A DNA stretch of 64,000 nucleotides, from contig OY762721.1 in NCBI GenBank assembly GCA_963666345.1, forward strand, positions 1,312,001-1,376,000, in the 5' to 3' direction. Within the stretch, counting starts at the first letter, position 1. The number at the start of each line of letters is the position of its first letter. The stretch comes from Desulfatiglandales bacterium (lineage in GTDB: Bacteria; Desulfobacterota; DSM-4660; Desulfatiglandales; Desulfatiglandaceae). The notes beneath the pieces were generated by a model that had not been told where the DNA came from, did not search any database, and was given only the letters and a program-made list of their open reading frames with translations. The position numbers and the translations under genes are program-made. Below are positions 60,277 to 64,000 of the stretch, piece after piece.

Positions 60277-61263
60277 ATGTCCGAAAGAAAATCGCGGAGC
60301 TTTACCATGAAAAAAAGTGCCGGTCTGTTATGCCTCTTTTTCCTGCTGTTGGTAATTTCAGGAGGCTGCACCGCCGGGAGGCCTAAAATGCCCCCTGTTG
60401 CCACCCTTGAAGGGTCTGATGCCCATTTTTTTGCCGGACAGATTATCGATACATCCACCGGCGGGAAAATTACCTTTGATGAGCTTATATCAAGGCTTTC
60501 GGAGAAAAGGCTTGTATTTATAGGTGAAACGCACAGCAACCCCGAGCACCACCTTATCCAGACGCAGCTGCTTCAGTCTCTTTTTTCAGCTCATAAGGGC
60601 CGCATCTGCGTTGCCATGGAATCCTTTGAAGGCGATCAGCAGGATGCCATAGACCGTTACCTTGAAGGAACCACTCACGAGGAAGAGTTTTTAAGGGAAT
60701 CCGACTGGTACCGTACATGGAGATTCGACTACAGCCTCTACAGGCCTCTGATCCTTGCGGTTAAGGAAAACCGGGGAGGGCTTTTTGCCGTAAACGCCCC
60801 GGCAAAGATAGTGAAAAAGGTCGCAAGAAAAGGTCTTGAAGGCCTGGAGCCACAGGAAAGAAAACGGCTTGCCTGGCACATCGACCTTAAGGATAAAGAT
60901 CATCGCGCATATCTGAAGTCTATATTCGGAAAACATGATCACAAGGGACTTGAAAACTTCGAGTATTTCTATCAGGCCCAGTGCGTATGGGAAGATACCA
61001 TGGCTGAAAACATCGCCCGGCTGCTTGTGAAAGGGTGCGAAAGGATCATAGTAATTACCGGAAACGGGCACATAATCAACAGGTTCGGAATCCCTTCAAG
61101 AACCGCGAAAAGATACCCGTCGGATTACGCCACGGTCATGCCCTTTCCCATCCGGGGAAAAGAGGCGTTAAAAGTCCAAATCGCCGATTTCATATGGCTT
61201 ACCGACGGCTGCTCCATCAGGAGATTTACCCATATGCTTCAGATGAAGGCGCCTCCGGATTAG
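60277..61263 (+). CDS. ChaN-family lipoprotein
   Basis: Lipobox-like SGGC, IGE.H.NP.HH, AME, Q..W..TMA, G.GH; start may be ATG 60307. Confidence 0.8.
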   Translation: MSERKSRSFTMKKSAGLLCLFFLLLVISGGCTAGRPKMPPVATLEGSDAHFFAGQIIDTSTGGKITFDELISRLSEKRLVFIGETHSNPEHHLIQTQLLQSLFSAHKGRICVAMESFEGDQQDAIDRYLEGTTHEEEFLRESDWYRTWRFDYSLYRPLILAVKENRGGLFAVNAPAKIVKKVARKGLEGLEPQERKRLAWHIDLKDKDHRAYLKSIFGKHDHKGLENFEYFYQAQCVWEDTMAENIARLLVKGCERIIVITGNGHIINRFGIPSRTAKRYPSDYATVMPFPIRGKEALKVQIADFIWLTDGCSIRRFTHMLQMKAPPD

Positions 61264-61372
61264 CCGGCCGTATTTTCCGACCTGGTTCAAAAGTGCCGGG
61301 TTTTCCATGAAGAACCGCATAATAAAAGACTTTGACATTTTTTTGTCTTGAATTCTCAAAAGGAAAAATCAG

Positions 61373-61909
61373 ATGGGCCACTTTCACGATCAGTTAAAGC
61401 TGAGCTTCTGCCCTGTGTGCGGCGGCAGTCTCAGGCATGAGCTATTAAAGGAAAACGAACCTGCCAGGCTTAATTGCCCTGATTGCGGGTTTATCTTTTA
61501 TCAGGACCCTAAGGTAGTGGCCTGTTCGGTCGTTGAAATGCCGGACGGGATTGTCCTGCTCAAAAGGGGGATCAATCCTCAGAAGGGCAAATGGGTCATG
61601 CCGGGAGGCTACGTGGAGCGGGGCGAAAAGGTGGAAAACGCGGCCCTGCGTGAAACAGAAGAGGAATGCGGCTTAAGATGCACAATAGACAGGCCGCTTG
61701 GCGTGTATTCCTACACTGGAAGCATTCCTGTCGTTATAGTATATGTGGCACTCCCTGTTTCAGGGGAGCTTTCGGCCTGCGACGAAACCCTTGAAGCGGC
61801 CGTCTTCAGCCTGGAAAACATACCATGGGCTGATCTTGCCTTTAAGAGCACTGAAGAGGCCCTAAGGGATTATCTCAGGACCGGAAAAACCGGAAAGATG
61901 GAGGATTAG
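61373..61909 (+). CDS. NUDIX hydrolase with zinc ribbon
   Basis: CPVCG..CPDCG, PGGYVERGE....ALRET.EE.G. Confidence 0.92.
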   Translation: MGHFHDQLKLSFCPVCGGSLRHELLKENEPARLNCPDCGFIFYQDPKVVACSVVEMPDGIVLLKRGINPQKGKWVMPGGYVERGEKVENAALRETEEECGLRCTIDRPLGVYSYTGSIPVVIVYVALPVSGELSACDETLEAAVFSLENIPWADLAFKSTEEALRDYLRTGKTGKMED

Positions 61910-61915
61910 AAAAAG

Positions 61916-63214
61916 ATGAAGATTATACCTGAAAGGATAGACCGGCTGGGCCCTGAAAGAAGGGCCTCGATCATGAGAAGATCCATGGAAGAGCTTACAT
62001 CTATCTATGAAGATATGAAAGGGATCGTGGAGGATGTAAGAAAAAGGGGAGATGCCGCGCTCCTTGATTCCTGTCTTGAGTACAAGGACAAGGTGGAACC
62101 GGATGAGATGGTGGTAACGGATGAGGAGATCATAAGGGCCTACGACCGGGTGGATACCGAAGTGGTCGACGCCCTCAAAAAGGCCGCAGACAATATAAGG
62201 CGTTTTCATGAGGCACAGCTTGAAAGGGACATGTGGAGCATGGAGCTCTGCCCGGGCGTTCTCGCAGGGAGGATAACCAGGCCCCTTGACCGAGTCGGCT
62301 GCTACATACCGGGGGGAAGGGCCGTCTATCCGAGCACCATATTGATGACCATTCTGCCCGCGATTGCGGCAGGGGTAAAAGAGATATTCGCCACGACCCC
62401 GCCGAGAAAGGGGATGATCGTTCCCCCGGCCACACTCGTTGCGGCCGACATCGCGGGATGTCACAGGCTTTACAAGGTTGGAGGCCCCTGGGGTATCGCG
62501 GCCCTTGCCTATGGAACTGATACCGTACAAAAGGTTGACAAGATAGTTGGCCCGGGAAACAAATATGTGACCGCGGCTAAGATGATCGTTTACGGTGAAG
62601 TGGATATAGACTCACCGGCAGGCCCGAGTGAGTCTCTCATACTCTGTGATCAAACAGGAGATCCCAGGCTAATCGCGTTCGATTTTCTCTCCCAGACCGA
62701 GCACGATCCCGACTCGGCCGCGGTAATCGTGACCACGGATCAAAACATAGCTGAAAAGGTCTGCCGGATAATAGAGGAAGAATTTGACACCCTGCCCAGA
62801 AAGGAGATCATGGAATCTGCGGTAAGGGGACATTCCGCCGTTCTCATAGCGCAAGACCTGGATGAAGCGATCAGGTTCACGAATGAATACGCACCCGAGC
62901 ATCTGGAGATAATCACGGAGGACCCGTTTATCACCCTTAACAGGATAAGACACGCAGGGTCCATATTTATGGGCCGCTACGCGCCCGTGCCTGTGGGAGA
63001 TTACGCCTCCGGCACGAATCATGTGCTCCCCACCGGGCAATGCGCCAGGATGTTTTCCGGGCTTTCCGTGGATGACTTCCTGAAAAAACCGACTTTTCAA
63101 TATCTAAGCAGGGAAGGCCTCGATTCACTCAAGGACACGGTCGTAACCCTTGCAGAGGCCGAAGGTCTTCCCATGCATGCAAGGGCGGTTAAGGAAAGAT
63201 TCAGACAGGGATAA
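61916..63214 (+). CDS. hisD: Histidinol dehydrogenase
   Basis: GCYIPGG, GPGNKYV, ID.PAGPSE, Q.EHD, APEHLE, GDY.SG.NHVLPT. Confidence 0.93.
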   Translation: MKIIPERIDRLGPERRASIMRRSMEELTSIYEDMKGIVEDVRKRGDAALLDSCLEYKDKVEPDEMVVTDEEIIRAYDRVDTEVVDALKKAADNIRRFHEAQLERDMWSMELCPGVLAGRITRPLDRVGCYIPGGRAVYPSTILMTILPAIAAGVKEIFATTPPRKGMIVPPATLVAADIAGCHRLYKVGGPWGIAALAYGTDTVQKVDKIVGPGNKYVTAAKMIVYGEVDIDSPAGPSESLILCDQTGDPRLIAFDFLSQTEHDPDSAAVIVTTDQNIAEKVCRIIEEEFDTLPRKEIMESAVRGHSAVLIAQDLDEAIRFTNEYAPEHLEIITEDPFITLNRIRHAGSIFMGRYAPVPVGDYASGTNHVLPTGQCARMFSGLSVDDFLKKPTFQYLSREGLDSLKDTVVTLAEAEGLPMHARAVKERFRQG

Positions 63215-63584
63215 TCCTTGATTCAGTGTCCGATAACTGCTAAACAGTGTTCATTCATAGATTAAGATTTATGGACTCATGCTATCAGCTCTCAGCCGTC
63301 AGACACCTGGAATATCAGCTTATCGGCTACCTGCCGATGGCTGACGCTTGCCCGCCGTGAATGTGGCGGGGCTGAAAGCTGCATCCGGAAATGATCCCCG
63401 GATCGGCACTAATTGATGCACAGCAACAGCTTCAGGATTTCAGCAGCCGTTTCAAGCACTCGCGCTTAATCAAATCAGATCAGTGAGTAAAGGATTTTTC
63501 TTCCGGTAGCATCGCCTAACCCGTTTTTATTCTTTATCATCCAGAACCGGCCCCGGCCGGTCAGATTCAAAAGGGAGGTGAAAA

Positions 63585-64000
63585 ATGGCCGACATCAAAG
63601 GTTACAACATGCCTGACGAACTCTATTACAACAAGGATCACAGCTGGGCCAGGGTCGATGGGACAACCGTAACGGTGGGTATGGATGATTTCTTTCAAAA
63701 AGAGGCTGGAGACATTGTGTTCGTGGATCTTCCCGAGGAGGAAGAGGAAGTGGAGCAGGGAGAGGTGTGCGGCAAGATCCAGTCAAGGAAATGGATCGGG
63801 AAGCTGGTTTCCCCTGTCTCGGGAGAAATCACGGAGATAAACGAGGAGATCGAAGAGGACACAAGCTTTATCAATTCAGACCCTTACGGGGCAGGCTGGA
63901 TACTCATGATAGAGGCTGAAAATCTGGATGAAGAGCTCAAAAATCTCATGCAGGGGGATGCCCTTGTCGAGTTCATCGAATCGGAAATAAAGGTCGCTGA
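63585..64000 (+). CDS. gcvH: Glycine cleavage H-like lipoyl carrier protein (runs off window; absent from ORF track)
   Basis: GGAGG RBS; MADIKGY.MPDELYY.KDHSW...GDIVFVDLP...IQSRKW...SPVSG...NSDPYG.GW. Confidence 0.85.
   Translation, partial: MADIKGYNMPDELYYNKDHSWARVDGTTVTVGMDDFFQKEAGDIVFVDLPEEEEEVEQGEVCGKIQSRKWIGKLVSPVSGEITEINEEIEEDTSFINSDPYGAGWILMIEAENLDEELKNLMQGDALVEFIESEIKVA

Noticed and set aside
63285..63385. TCAGC/GCTGA short repeats and hairpins before gcvH, considered as a glycine riboswitch
   Set aside because: No recognisable glycine aptamer motifs; looks like a decayed intergenic repeat.

Overview
Chromosomal window from a probable Desulfobacterota (deltaproteobacterial) anaerobe. 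The taxonomy is inferred from gene content and two UGA-recoded selenoproteins. Housekeeping genes occupy about 1-25.7 kb (xseAB-ispA-dxs-tlyA, hisS-aspS, fumC and others) and 48.2-64 kb (pgi, pmm, argJ, secA, uvrC, hisD, gcvH-like). Between them is a chromosomal integron: intI at 47012-47980 (+), attI at about 46.69 kb, and a minus-strand cassette array running to about 32.3 kb. The array then fades into a RAYT-type transposon and two toxin-antitoxin pairs. The most striking feature is a 151-bp gene-less, highly structured unit present four times in the array, including position 1 at attI. It always sits exactly at the G|TT crossover but carries a non-canonical GAT/ATC core. The cassette cargo looks defence-like: two related nucleotidyl-cyclase-like genes, a nuclease-STAND NTPase and a large PD-(D/E)XK protein. 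Also seen are a ~290-bp GIY-YIG mini-element with inverted repeats inserted into the RAYT transposase, a candidate sigma54 promoter for intI, and two selenoproteins truncated by the ORF track. All protein calls come from motif recognition by eye, not database searches.
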